A DNA stretch of 63,653 nucleotides, counting the filler, from Octopus bimaculoides (lineage: Eukaryota): NCBI RefSeq assembly GCF_001194135.2. It is 6 parts of 5 records of this genome, joined end to end, with 100 filler letters (N's around TTAATTAATTAA, not from the genome) between each part and the next. Parts side by side here need not be neighbours in the genome. Positions count along the whole stretch, not along the records: positions 32,252 to 36,818 come from NW_026403251.1; positions 36,919 to 54,307 come from NC_068987.1; 4 more parts are not named here. One strand, given 5' to 3'. Made by a program: the position numbers and the translations under genes. Below the pieces are notes generated by a model. The model was not told the origin of the DNA. It did no database searches and saw nothing but the letters and a program-made list of their open reading frames with translations. Positions 35,505-48,829 of the stretch are shown here, in pieces; positions within the stretch are counted from its first letter, which is position 1; each line of letters opens with the position of its first letter.

Positions 35505-35887
35505 GGAGGCGCAATGGCCCAGTGGTTAGGGCAGTGGACTCGCGGTCATAGGATCGCGGTTTCGATTCCCAGACCGGGCCTTGTGAGTGTTTATTGAGCG
35601 AAAACACCTAAAGCTCCACGAGGCTCCGGCAGGGGATGGTGGTGAACCCTGCTGTACTCTTCCACCACAATTTTCTCTCACACTTTTTTCCTGTTTCAAT
35701 TGTACCTATATTTCTAAAGGCCAGCCTTGTAACACTCTGTGTCACGCTGAATCTTCCCGAGAACTACGTTAAGGGTACACGTGTCTGTGGAGTGCTCAGG
35801 CACTTGCACGTTAATTTCACGAGCAGGCTGTTCCCTTGATTGGATCAACTGAAACCCTGGACGTCGTAAGCGACGGAGTGCCAACAA
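35505..35887 (+). mobile_element. SINE family B, full length, 13-bp TSD
   Basis: A box TGGCCCAGTGG, B box GTTTCGATTCC; ACCTACAGTAATC at 35492-35504 and 35888-35900. Confidence 0.95.
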
Positions 35888-36781
35888 ACCTACAGTAATC
35901 AGTTCAGAAAAATGCTAACGCCGAGAGCTTTTGTGCCTTACAAAATGCACCTTGTCATTTTGCTGCAAACCGGCTTGAAACTGCAAATGAATACAAATTT
36001 TATAAATTCCAAACAACTATATCACTCTACTGTCACGGCCACTTCTCCACATCAACGACCATTCAATATATAATATCGAGAGACCAGTTGGTGGTAAAGC
36101 GAGAATCGATATATCAGTCACATTGAAACTAAAATTAAAATTCAAAGTATAGATACAAATATTAGAAAAGAAAGCGTCAGAATCAGAGTCGAACCTAGCT
36201 AAATAATATAAAATGGATCGTACATATATAATGTGCAAGGCTTGGAGATTAGAAAATAAAGCAAGATTGGAAACAAAATATCAAATATTATAATTTCAAA
36301 TTATGAAAGCAATAGAATGAAAATGAGGAAAAAAAAGAATCGTAATAACAGTTGCATAGTAACGAATATTGTTACAGGATGATAAAAGTACATTGAAACC
36401 GTGAATAAAATCACTAAGAAAACCGGAGGAAAATATATGAGAGTAGAATTGTATGGACGATCTATAGCAAGTTTTTTCGCACAGTTTATAGCGACTCCAA
36501 CTACATGACCTACTAACACAACCATGACGTTTTTAAACAAATTACAGCACATATGCTTCCTCCTGAGCACGTTTAAGTGCATATAAAGCCTTTTAAATGT
36601 TGTTAGTGGCACGTATAAATCAACTGTATGTGATACTTATATGTTATATGAGACAAACTAACATACACATTGATATGTGATAAATGTAATACACAATGAA
36701 AGGTAGACATCCAAAATTGCACATTTATAAACACATATACACACTATCCGCACACCATACATATATATATCTATGCATATA

Positions 36782-36818
<37 letters not shown>

Positions 36819-36918
36819 NNNNNNNNNNNNNNNNNNNNNNNNNNNNNNNNNNNNNNNNNNNNTTAATTAATTAANNNNNNNNNNNNNNNNNNNNNNNNNN
36901 NNNNNNNNNNNNNNNNNN

Positions 36919-36950
<32 letters not shown>

Positions 36951-36954
36951 ATAC

Positions 36955-37825
36955 GTAGCCGGTAATTCCCGGGAAAGCGGGGCTTATTCTTTGGTTCTGT
37001 TCTCATAATTGTTTCGCTAATCCAATAACAACAATACAAAGTATGTAGCCCTTAAAAAAGGTTTTTGTGCATTTACAGAGAATACACAGGATATTGTTCT
37101 TAGGAATTCCCAATAAGTTATGAATACCCAAATTGTGAAGTAAGTTATGTAATAACATGAAATTAGTTACCCGATAGTAAGCATTCAAATAAAGTAACCC
37201 CGAAAAGGGCTTTAATGCGTTCCCAGAGTATATAGAATATAGGAGGAAATACTAATAAGGTATGTATACTAAAATCGTGAAGCGTGTTACGTAATAACAG
37301 GCTAATTAGATATAACATAATAACAATTCAAAGTAAATAACTCTGAAAAAGGCTTTTGTGCGTTCCCAGAGAATATTACTTTCAGGAATGCTAGTGTTAG
37401 TATATTCGTGAATAAGTCACTAACCGAAATAAGTGGACCTATTGTTTAGGAAAATACTATTTACTTGCTTAAAGGTTGTACTGGATAAATTGCGAAAATG
37501 ACTCTAACAGTTCAAATACTAAGAAATAACCATGCTCATTTTCATTTTTACCTAATAATTTAGGAAAATGAATGAGTTATTTCGCTTGGCTATATATAAG
37601 GATCCCTTCCAGAGGCGAATGAGTTATTTCCCTTGGTTTTTAAAATAAAATATATTAGATATATATAAGGATCCCTTCCAGAGACCCTATTATCGATTTT
37701 TTTCAACAATCTGAGTATGCTATGAGGTTTCCAGACATGAGTTCCACTCACGTATCAAGTTTCATCAAAATCGATAAAACGATGTAGGTGGAGTTAGCTA
37801 ACAACTCCACAAACACACCCAGATA
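36955..37825 (-). mobile_element. Non-autonomous Helitron-type element with ~145-bp tandem units
   Basis: TAGCCGGTAATTCCCGGGAAAGCGGGG terminus; AAAAGG.TTT..TGC.TT..CAGAG at 37056, 37203, 37347; AAGTTTCATCAAAATCG..ACAAACACAC end. Confidence 0.55.
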
Positions 37826-37849
37826 TATATATATATATATATTCTGTTA

Positions 37850-38050
37850 TTCTTTTATTTGTTTCAGTCATTTGACTGCGGCCATGCTGGAGCACCACCT
37901 TTAGTCGACCAAATCGACCGAGGACTTTTTCTTTGTAAGCCTAGTATTTATTCTATCGGTCTCTTTTGCCGAACCACTAAGTTACAGGGACGTAAACACA
38001 CTAACATCGGTGGGGGTGCAAACACAGATACACACACACACACACACACC
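37850..38050 (-). mobile_element. SINE family C 3' half
   Basis: TGTTTCAGTCATTTGACTGCGGCCATGCTGGAGCACC..GTAAGCCTAGTA.TTATTCTATCGG. Confidence 0.9.
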
Positions 38051-38089
38051 AAATTGAGTGTAGGTATCACTCATCCAAACATGCAGAAT

Positions 38090-38950
38090 CTATTTTAATC
38101 AACTACTTATTGAGTATTTGCTCTCAGCTTTCGCCATTCTGCCAGATGCATTTACCATTTCAATGATGCAGTATCTTTCGCTTCATTCTACAATTTCTTA
38201 ATCATTTTGATGTCTTTCCTAAGACTTACGTCGACCTATGTACGACATTTTGGATCAAGCTAGAAAGCCATGACATTCCATCTCTACAGGGAACACTGTA
38301 TTCTGTCCTCGTTCTTTACGCGATTCCTTAAATCTATCATATTTTAGGTATTTCTTTTCATATACCCATTCCATATTGTTTCCCCAAAGCATTGTCAACA
38401 CAACAATCAATGTCGACACAAACAGCAATCGTCGACACAGACAATCAATACAACGTCACTGTGTCAAAAAGTTACTTTGTTACTGCATTATTCAGAAATC
38501 TAGGTCTAGGCTTTCTTTTGTTTACACTCTTGCATTATCCTTTCTGGATAATGAATACAACATTGTTTTGATTGTTATGGAATTGATAGTACTACATTGC
38601 AAAGATTCTTAAAACTTTGTCATATTGACAGGCACATCCTGTGCTTCCAGAATATTCTCCAAAGATGCATAGTCTCTAGATACATTAATGTAACTCACCT
38701 CATCATGTACACTACTCTCAGAAGGAATCATCGTACACTACTCTCAGAAGGAATCACAATCAAACTGACTACAACTTTCACAATGTGCAACAAGATATTT
38801 TCCGTTTGCCCTGCAATTTCCCATGCTATCCATATAAATAGGCCTCTTAATCTTACAAATCCATTTGTTCTATATCTGGTCAAGACTAGCCTGCGATCTT
38901 TACACCGCATATACCAGCTCTTTAGTTTTTAGCTATTCTCAAGCTTCTCC
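38090..38950 (-). mobile_element. Second HERO-like LINE fragment, heavily decayed
   Basis: Minus strand ASLENIL, YDKVLRIFAM, LTMLWGNNMEWVYEKKYLKYDRFKES..VFPVEMECHGF. Confidence 0.55.
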
Positions 38951-39408
38951 CTGTCAACATTTTGGCTGGGTTGCAGAAAGAGTTAGGCGGGTGGTGAGCA
39001 CAGACCCCCCCCCCCCAATAGAACCATGTGCTAAAAGGGGCTTGCTATTTTAAATCCACTACTACCGTTGTTAAAGGCAACTGGTGTTTTGCAGTACCAC
39101 TACACAAAACAATTTCAGTAAAGCCCGATAGAAGACCAAACCGCTCTCGTAGTAACTTGTCAGCACACATTTTTCATTTTCCCCACTATTGTTCATAGTA
39201 TTTTATGCACCGAATGTGATCATTAATTTGTCGGCAAAAATACAATGCTGATGACAACCTTCCAGTCAAACCGTAGTTGTCAGTAGTCGTTACTCATTAT
39301 TTTAATTTATTATCAATTCTCCTCATGGGTAAATATTATGACAATTTCTGTAACCAATCTACTTTACCCACTATGTACCAAAACACATTTTAGTTGCTCT
39401 AAAATATA

Positions 39409-40609
39409 TGTAGAGAAACTACCTATCGCCATTATATACAAAACTACCTATCGCCATTAGATACAAAACTACTATCGCCATTTTATACAAACAAACCATC
39501 TTCTCACTATTATATATAAACAAGCGCGGGCGTAGTAGAAAACATATTTCCCTGTCATCACATGACTGATTATTATTTGAAGCGGCAACTGCTTCGAACC
39601 GTTCCCGCCAGAACGCAAACTGACCAATCACGGCCTCTAATAAGGTCACGTGATAGAGTATTTTTCTGATGCCTTTGGAAGCCTACCACCAACTATAAAT
39701 AGCCTAAATTCAGCGGCAAAATTCGTCTCGGTTCAGTTCTCTTAGAGACTGTTCCGTGTACCACACAGATCAGCAGCAGCAGTTCCAGCGACTACATCAA
39801 CAGTATCTCCAGCTACGACTACCACCGACGTCGCCATCAGCNNNNNNNNNNNNNNNNNNNNNNNNNNNNNNNNNNNNNNNNNNNNNNNNNNNNNNNNNNN
39901 NNNNNNNNNNNNNNNNNNNNNNNNNNNNNNNNNNNNNNNNNNNNNNNNNNNNNNNNNNNNNNNNNNNNNNNNNNNNNNNNNNNNNNNNNNNNNNNNNNNN
40001 NNNNNNNNNNNNNNNNNNNNNNNNNNNNNNNNNNNNNNNNNNNNNNNNNNNNNNNNNNNNNNNNNNCAGACAAGAGCCCAGCCTGCGATAAACGTCTGTA
40101 CTCAAGAACCCGGCTCGGCATGGAAGCCCTAACATCACAACTAGTGATCGCTCTGCCACACACACGCCTTAACTTCTTACATACAGACACATACCACTGT
40201 GTACTCTAAGAACTGGTACAAATGCTCACACGTGTTACTGACTCTTTCTATCTGCTGTATCTCACGCATTTATATACATTTGTGCACACACTCTTCTGTA
40301 TACACACTATTCTTTATACGACGGCCTGTCTTTTATTATGTTTTCATTATATCACATTCACACTCACACACAGACATACATATTAACGCTACAATAAATA
40401 TTTCTGTTATTCATTTCTATCGGTTGTTCTATCGTCTTTCATTACTGGCAATTTACGAAATCACTATGTTATCGAAGTATAACATATTCATATATATCAT
40501 CTTTGATATAAATTTTGTGTTCGACCGTGTGACGCGTTTAAATAAAAGGAGTCCTTTTTTTTCCATTCGTCACCATTTCCCCTTTTGGGTTCGCACGGTC
40601 GTTCTTACA
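39409..40609 (+). mobile_element. Solo LTR with 4-bp TSD (TATA)
   Basis: TGTAGAG..CTTACA termini; TATA at 39405-39408 and 40610-40613; three 25-bp tandem repeats 39416-39489; CCAAT, CACGTG and TATAAATA motifs; AATAAA near 40395. Confidence 0.75.
39615..39740 (+). promoter_or_regulatory. Pol II promoter-like cluster inside the solo LTR
   Basis: GACCAATCA near 39620, GGTCACGTGA near 39645, TATAAATA at 39694, TCAGTT at 39733 (TATA-Inr spacing longer than canonical). Confidence 0.45.
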
Positions 40610-41099
40610 TATACTTATGTCAAGAACTTTAATCCTTTCACGCATTAAACTCCATCGCACGTAATAGATCTTTTTTTTTTTCATCTATCCGATTAATAAT
40701 CGAATTACAATACTTAGATGCCAACACAGATTACACTCTTGTGAGGTCTCGTTATGGTGAGTAAAGAATATGACATTATAAATACATAAAAATATCAATG
40801 CAAAAGTAACGTGTATTTTTTTCTTTTTTCTTAAATACGAACAATCCTACACAAATTCATGCATGTATACACAAAAACACAAGCATGCACGCATGCACAC
40901 AATAGATTTTATTAACATAGTGACGTTTTAAATACAAATGATAACTGGAGGGGAAATATCCAAACTTGTCTGTGGTTTTAAAAAGAAAACTTGATAGTTA
41001 AGAAGATACTTTACTATTAAAAAGAAGACATTTTTTCGTACGATATTCAGTACATCATTATGTTAGTTATTTACCAAAATCAATGCTATTAGCTCATTT

Positions 41100-41930
41100 A
41101 AATTATTTCTCTAGCCTTATTTTATTGTTTAATCATGCCAAGTAGTTTGTTAGCTCGTAGTGTTGACTCGTCCTGTTTGTCTGAAACCAGTTTGATATTA
41201 AGCCTCCGTTCAGAATTCATCAAATCGAATCTTTCTAGCTCTCTTACAATTGGATTCGGGCTTTGGATTTTGATAACATGCTGTATGAGATGGCTGGTAT
41301 GTGCAGAAGTCTGTTTCATATTAAACTTATTGCATACAGGCACCCACCACAAAGTAGGCACGTATAGGAGCATATAGACAAAATATTTGTGATTAATATA
41401 AATAACTCTCGGGAATATCTGCCAGTTATACAATTGTAATGTTTTGAGAAAGCAGTAGAGTGACAGAAACGATGAAACCCCGAACTAAATGACTTAGGGT
41501 ATTTAGTTTCGTCTCTCTTCGTTCTGTATTCAAATCCAACCAGAAGCAGCTGTGCCTTTCATCTCTCCGACAATGTGACTACAAGCAATGTGCTGGAGGT
41601 TGGAATCAAATAACTCTATTTCTACATTTCACTCATTGCAAATTTATAGCCTTAAACCAATGCCAAGAATCAAGGTACTTTAAGAAAAAAAAACTAGATA
41701 GATTAATGTAGCGGTATAAGAACAAAGAATAAGTGTAGGTCGTGTAGAGAACTAGTCTTTTAGATATTTTCAAAGGAGTACAAAAAATAATAGGTCTACG
41801 GGATGATGTCTCTGGAGGACTTTTGTTAGGTCTGATATTGTTGTGGAACTTATTTAGTCTCAATTTCTTGCTATTTGACAACGTTGACAGTAGTTGAATA
41901 TCAGTGCTGGCATTTCTAGAGGTCCTAAGG
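41100..41930 (-). mobile_element. CR1-type LINE RT fragments, interrupted by a SINE A remnant
   Basis: IRPNKSP..IFCTPLKI and DESTLRANKLLGMIK on the minus strand. Confidence 0.6.
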
Positions 41931-42222
41931 GACTTCAGTCGTGTAACTTTTGATTTTTCTTGTTCTTTGCTTTACTTCTTTTCTGAAGCATTTTTTTTTT
42001 TTTTTTTCAGAAAAAAGACGACTGCTTGGTCGTGATTTAGGAAATTTAAGTCATGTCTTATGATTCTGTCTCTCCTGCATCGTTACTGGTGGCAGTTGAT
42101 CTTACGAAAAACAACAGCACACATATAAATAAATACATATATACATACATATACACACGAATATGTACGCATATACTTATGTACACACATACATGCATAT
42201 GCAAACATACATACAAGCATAT

Positions 42223-42278
<56 letters not shown>

Positions 42279-43016
42279 NNNNNNNNNNNNNNNNNNNNNN
42301 NNNNNNNNNNNNNNNNNNNNNNNNNNNNNNNNNNNNNNNNNNNNNNNNNNNNNNNNNNNNNNNNNNNNNNNNNNNNNNNNNNNNNNNNNNNNNNNNNNNN
42401 NNNNNNNNNNNNNNNNNNNNNNNNNNNNNNNNNNNNNNNNNNNNNNNNNNNNNNNNNNNNNNNNNNNNNNNNNNNNNNNNNNNNNNNNNNNNNNNNNNNN
42501 NNNNNNNNNNNNNNNNNNNNNNNNNNNNNNNNNNNNNNNNNNNNNNNNNNNNNNNNNNNNNNNNNNNNNNNNNNNNNNNNNNNNNNNNNNNNNNNNNNNN
42601 NNNNNNNNNNNNNNNNNNNNNNNNNNNNNNNNNNNNNNNNNNNNNNNNNNNNNNNNNNNNNNNNNNNNNNNNNNNNNNNNNNNNNNNNNNNNNNNNNNNN
42701 NNNNNNNNNNNNNNNNNNNNNNNNNNNNNNNNNNNNNNNNNNNNNNNNNNNNNNNNNNNNNNNNNNNNNNNNNGGGCTTAAACCATCGTCCAGTTCAACA
42801 TCACCGCCACCTTCCCCTTCAGTTCACTCCATTGCAAACATCAGGAGCAGAACTCTGGTCTGAGAATATCAAAGATAATCATCCTTTTACTCCACTCAAT
42901 TTCAGAGTTTCGGTAAAAGTCAAGGGCGCTGAATTTTCTTCTTGTGAAAAGGTATTCCAACATAAATAAAACTATACAGACTAAAACGCTATTTTGATAG
43001 TTTCCCTGATACTCAC

Positions 43017-43387
43017 TGTTGCTGTTGGCACTCCGTCGCTTACGACGTCGAAGGTTCCAGTTGATCCGACCAACGGAACAGCCTGCTCGTGAAATTAACG
43101 CGCAAGTGGCTGAGCACCCCGTAGACACGTATACTTTAATGTAGTTCTCAGGGAGATTCAGCGTGACAAGGCTGGCCCTTTGAAATACAGATACAACAGA
43201 AACAGGGAGAAAGAGTGAAAGTTGTGGTGAAAGAATACAGCAGGGTTCGCCACCAGCCCCTGCCAGATCCTCGTGGAGCTTTAGCTGGTTTCGCTCAATG
43301 AACACTCACAACGCCCGGTCTGGGAATTGAAACCGCGATCCTACGACCACGAGTCTGCTGCCCTAACCACTGGGCCATTGCGCCTCC
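43017..43387 (-). mobile_element. SINE family B, full length
   Basis: Reverse complement of 35505-35887. Confidence 0.92.
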
Positions 43388-43514
43388 ACATCTCAATGGA
43401 TAGTTCATGTTAAACAAGAAAAAAATTACAGGGGAGACTATCGCAAAATTTTAATTAGTTAAATTGAGTAATTATTGAACGAGGTGGGGAGTGAGTCTGA
43501 TCTTTAGTGATACG

Positions 43515-43660
43515 GTGACTAAATTAAACAGGACTGATTTTTATAATGTTGCTTATGACCACAAAATATAAAACAACCATGCTGTATTATGAAAGTCAGC
43601 TGTTCCCTTGAGGTCAATGTGGGTAGTAAAATACAGGAGTGGGAACACACTGATGAGACC
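43515..43660 (+). repeat. Dispersed repeat with a second copy at about 51820-51960
   Basis: TGATTTT.ATAATGTTG.TTATGACCACAAAATA..AGTCAGCTGT.CCCTTGAGGTCAATGTGGGTAGT.AAATACAGGAG shared. Confidence 0.85.
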
Positions 43661-43956
43661 TCATGAGAAAAATATTGTTTAACTGTCGGATAATAAAAGA
43701 TACTTTTCGCAGTGGTGAGTTTCGCTTTTATGATCAAGGCTGGCACTGAACGCTAACACCGATACAAACAGTAATTACCAACGTCAACGGTGCTAAAAAT
43801 ACGTCAGCTAAAACGGCTTAAGTATTTCTCTCTCTCTCTTCTCTTGGCCTTTATATTTAGACCAAGGTTTATAATGGTACTACACCTAAAAAGAAAACCC
43901 GTAAGGGTCCTTTCATCGGTATATAAAGCAATTAAAGAGTTACTGGAACAAAATCC

Positions 43957-44294
43957 GGATCTTTCTGAATTGACGGGCACCGCTTTTCATTTATGTTTTA
44001 TGTAGTGTTTTTGGTACCGAAACACTTTCAAACTTCGTATACTTGTATGCTTTGTGTTATAGAACAAATAAAAATTTTTGTATTCGAAGTTATTTCATGT
44101 AAAAATATTGTCGTATTTCGGTAATTTCAACCAATCACTGACGTTTATTGAGGTGAAAACAATTACTGCTATGAAATATAAACAACATATTCTAGCGATG
44201 TAATGGGATCTTTTCCCTTGAATAAAATTAGTGCCGTTGTTTGTCAACAACAACTATCGGCGGTACTGTGGTGCCCGTCAATTCAGAAAGATCC
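43957..44294. mobile_element. MITE with perfect 25-bp TIRs
   Basis: GGATCTTTCTGAATTGACGGGCACC at 43957-43981 and its reverse complement at 44270-44294; flanks CAAAATCC / CAAATTTC. Confidence 0.85.
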
Positions 44295-45299
44295 CAAATT
44301 TCAACCACTTCAACAATGCGCTGTTGTTGATTGTTTTTTTTTGGGGGGGGGGGCTTTTTCCTTTTTAGAAATTTGTCACAGGTAGCAATTATTCTTCTAA
44401 CTCCTGTGATAACCAAAGTGATTACAGAAGAGAGCGATTAATACGTAAACAAATCTCCCGACCACGTCGCTAATACTCACACCCTCACTTCAACTCGCAT
44501 ATCTTTCTGCACGAAAGTGATTTAATAGATAACTGTAGAAAATATGTAATTTTAAAACAATTTAAAACCGTAGTTTGAGCAGAATATTTCTAAATTCTCT
44601 CTCGTGTCATGAGACAACGGTCTATTTTGCAGAAGCGAGGAAAATAAACGTAATGTTAAAAATTATTGATGATACAGTTCGTTGCAGACTATAAAACTTA
44701 TAATGGTTGTGAAATCAGTCGTTCTGTTATACAACTGCCGGTTCGGTTCGCGATTTCCATCCCCCTCTCTCTCTCCCGCTCTCCCCCTCTCTCTCCCTGC
44801 CCCCTCTCTGTTTCTCTTTTTCTCTTTCTTCATTCCTTCTCTCTTCTACTTCTTCTCTTTCCTATCTTGCCTTTTTCTTTTTCTCATTCATTCTTACTTT
44901 CTGTGTCTTCTCTCTCTCTCCCATTTTCGTTTACTCAGGAAGGCGCAAATTCAAGGGCTGCCACAGGCAGCACACATTCTAGCGACGTCACTGCTTATTC
45001 AGTGCATAAAACAATGGGTCGTGTACTAGGGTGTGATAACAAATACTGGAGAATCAACATCTACATGTGTATAACTATCATCTGGAGAAACACGTAGTAG
45101 ATATCTGCAGTGCATGTGGTAAGTACTTAACTCTACGTAAGCAGCCTAAGTAGAAAATGAAACCACAAAATCAGGAGTGTAGCTAACAGTATAACGTGTA
45201 AAGCGAATAATCTCACAGCACTCCAACTACCTTATAAAAACTGACTCAAATAAGATTCTACACCAAAAGTCTTAAGGGAAATCATTTTAAAACGTGAAC

Positions 45300-45700
45300 T
45301 CAAGATACTGGATGAAAAAACGAATAAATAAAAAAAAAAGAATACTTCAACGAAAAGACGTTGCCCAAAAGACTGCTTCTAATTTACCAGATACGTATCA
45401 GAGGATGAAGAACGACAATATCTACATAAAAAGAACCCTTTTTAGGAATATCGTACATCGTTTTGGTCTAAGATTTGGAATGAAAGGAAAGGTTTCAATC
45501 AGGATTTATCATGGATAAATGTAATCAAGAAGAAATACTATATCAGCATCAACAGCAGGACTCACAAAACCCTACTTTGAAACTTCACCATAGCTGTGAG
45601 AAATTTGCATAATGAGAAAGCACCAAGAAAAGAACTAATAGTTGGAAACTGATGCGAGGTATTGGCGTGCTACAGAAAACCATTGATATACATGTTTAAA
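45300..45700 (+). mobile_element. R4/Dong-like LINE fragment (region preceding RT)
   Basis: YRTSFWSKIWNERKGFNQDLSWINVIK and AVRNLHNEKAPRKELIVGN resembling ..WKAPGxDxIxGYW. Confidence 0.55.
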
Positions 45701-46187
45701 AGATTTATGGCTGGCCAAATTCACAAATGGAATTAGCTAGCCATAGCACGGACAAATCTTATAGCGAAGAAGGAAAATTCTGACTTGACAAAAAGATTAT
45801 AAACATATTGTTCGCATAAATAGTATGTATATATTATTTTAAGCAAGCGATTTAAATAAGGCTCCCATACAGACGTTCCCCTAGGAAACATGATTCATTT
45901 ATAGCATTGCTATAACAAGAAATTCACTCAATCCAAGACTTGTGAAAAGCAGTGTATATTTTCACTGCGTCATCATTCTCATTTTCAGTTCTTTCTTTGA
46001 GACATAAGTTACCCCTGGACAGTAACTCTCTTTCGTCTTCTGTCTCTACCACTGTATATACAACTTCCTGTAATAAATCCAAAGTAGCATCTTAAACATT
46101 CACTTCTTTGCATCAACGAATTCAAATCTAAATTTATAATCAAGATAAAACAGTTCGAAGTTCTGTATCAAGTAACCATAAAAATAG

Positions 46188-46234
<47 letters not shown>

Positions 46235-46236
<2 letters not shown>

Positions 46237-46850
46237 TTCTTTTATTCTTTTATTTGTTTCAGTCATTTGACTGCGGCCATTCTGGAGCACGCCATTTGTC
46301 GAGCAAATCGACTCCAGGACTTATTCTTTGTAATCCTAGTACATATTCTATCGGTCTTTTTTGCCGAACTGCTAGGTTACGGGGACGTATTCACACCAGT
46401 ATCGATTGTCAAGCGATGTTGGGGGGACAAACACAGACACACATGTGTGTATGGGCATGTACATATACATGTTTGTGTGAGTGTGTACGTTTGTAGACGT
46501 TATGTACCCAGGAGGTTTTTATGTCTATGTATTGTGAGAATATGGTTGCGTGTAGTTTCTATCTTTTTTTTCCTACCTATTACAGTAACTTCCCTTTTAT
46601 TCAACAGTTTTTTATAGCGTCTATTGTCATAATAACTGATGAAAATGCATCGTAGCTCTTACCTCCGGCATTTGAAACTCTGAGTCTTATTTTGACAACT
46701 TACTGATTTCCTAAACTATACATATATATACGACGGGCTTCTTTCAGGTTCCATCTACCAAATCCACTCGTAAGGCTTCGGTCGGCCCGAGGCTATAGTA
46801 GAAGACACTTGCCCAAGATGCCACGCAAGCTACTTACCACACAGCCACTC
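46235..46850 (-). mobile_element. SINE family C split into tail (46235-46445) and deleted head (46730-46850)
   Basis: Family C blocks separated by unrelated sequence. Confidence 0.75.
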
Positions 46851-46894
<44 letters not shown>

Positions 46895-47189
46895 NNNNNN
46901 NNNNNNNNNNNNNNNNNNNNNNNNNNNNNNNNNNNNNNNNNNNNNNNNNNNNNNNNNNNNNNNNNNNNNNNNNNNNNNNNNNNNNNNNNNNNNNNNNNNN
47001 NNNNNNNNNNNNNNNNNNNNNNNNNNNNNNNNNNNNNNNNNNNNNNNNNNNNNNNNNNNNNNNNNNNNNNNNNNNNNNNNNNNNNNNNNNNNNNNNNNNN
47101 NNNNNNNNNNNNNNNNNNNNNNNNNNNNNNNNNNNNNNNNNNNNNNNNNNNNNNNNNNNNNNNNNNNNNNNNNNNNNNNNNNNNNNNNN

Positions 47190-48030
47190 TATAGTGGCTT
47201 CATGCAGGCATAGCGTGGATTCGATCCTCGATCGCTAAATTTTACATAACAGTTCAACAGCACTTTTCTCACGGTAAAACAATAGTTTTTCTGTGAGTGA
47301 CACCAGTTACATTGGCCAGATGCCTTCCTTAAGCAGAATAATATCTTTGCCACTTGACCCTTCTAACCTCTTCTAGGCCACCAAAAGCTAGAATAGAGGT
47401 AACAGACCGCCAACGAAATTCATTGTTCACAACAATATGTCTCTCCTTCTAACCAGTTTGGATAATTATAAATGCTAAGACACCGAAGGAAAAAGTTAGT
47501 TGGTAAAAAGATGACGCAGAGGCGACCACAGGCAGAATCTAGTTAGTAAGATAATTCAACTGAGAGAAGACTTACATTGAGAATGTCAACTATGATACAG
47601 TGTCTTATCACAACATCGCTGCTGTTTAAATGTCAGGCACAATAAAGGCATCATTTTATGGACTTCCTACACTTAACATTCACTCTATCTTCCTCTAATT
47701 CCAAGTTAAGCAGCTAGCAGTTGACCAAATATAAACAGCAACAACATACAAGATAATTCTATTGTTTTCATATGATGCACACACCTGTTCGTCGAGCCAT
47801 GGCATTATACAAAGTAACGGTAAATAAATATTTCTTTACAACTTCAAATAATGTTCTTCTTCCATTTTGCACATCTGCAACAGCAACACCTGATACAACC
47901 GCTAGCTGCCAACTTCAATATACATCATAATGCAAACCGTTGCACTGGCAACCAACACCTTAACAACAACCGTTACAATTGGTGACCCCTACCGTTACAA
48001 TTGGCAACCAACACCTTAACCCCATCGTTA
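47190..48030. repeat. Repeat family F, copy 2 (inverted relative to copy 1), with terminal minisatellite
   Basis: Reverse complement of 3869-4581; ACCGTTACAATTGG..CAACACCTTAAC units at 47935-48020. Confidence 0.85.
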
Positions 48031-48085
48031 CACTGCTGACCCCGTCTAATATATGTATGTGTGTGTGTTTGTGTATGTATATATA

Positions 48086-48164
<79 letters not shown>

Positions 48165-48166
<2 letters not shown>

Positions 48167-48321
48167 GCGCAGGCGTTGGTGTGTGGTAAGAAGCTTGCTT
48201 TGGCACATCGTAACCACATGGTCCCGGGTTCAGTTCCACTCTGTGGCACCTTGGGCAAGTGTCTTCTACTATAGCCTTGAGCAGATCAAAGACTTGTGAC
48301 GGAAATTGAGAAAAGCCCGTC

Positions 48322-48363
<42 letters not shown>

Positions 48364-48546
48364 GTAAAATATGTGACATATATAAATGTGTGCACGTTCC
48401 TTCACAGATAGTGTTGGTGTGTTTACGTCCCCATAACTTAGCGGTTCGGCAAAATGAGAAATAGAGTCCTAGGATCGATTTATTCGACTAAAAATTCTTC
48501 AAGGCAGTGTCCCAACGTGACTGCTCTCTAATGACTGAAACAAGTA
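48165..48546 (+). mobile_element. SINE family C, near full length, internal (TA)n
   Basis: AGGCGCAGG..GTGTGGTAAGAAGCTTGC..GGGTTCAGTTCCAC head through AATGACTGAAACAAGTA tail. Confidence 0.9.
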
Positions 48547-48745
48547 CAATATGAAAGATGTACATAGATAAATTGTTATACATATAGTATGTAGCAACAT
48601 TTAAAAGTAATTTTCCGTTTTCTGTTTTTTGCAATCGAATGTTTTCTCAGTTTCATTTTCTGTTTCATTGATAGTCAATTTCTACTCACTTTCTCTGCTT
48701 GCCTACCTGTCTTCATCTATCTAAATACACCTGGTATTTTATATC

Positions 48746-48825
<80 letters not shown>

Positions 48826-48829
48826 TCCT

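Noticed and set aside
35505-35580. tRNA gene (also heads at 7590-7659, 14221-14290, 43310-43387, 48165-48245)
   Set aside because: A and B boxes are present, but there is no acceptor stem and each continues into a multi-copy SINE body
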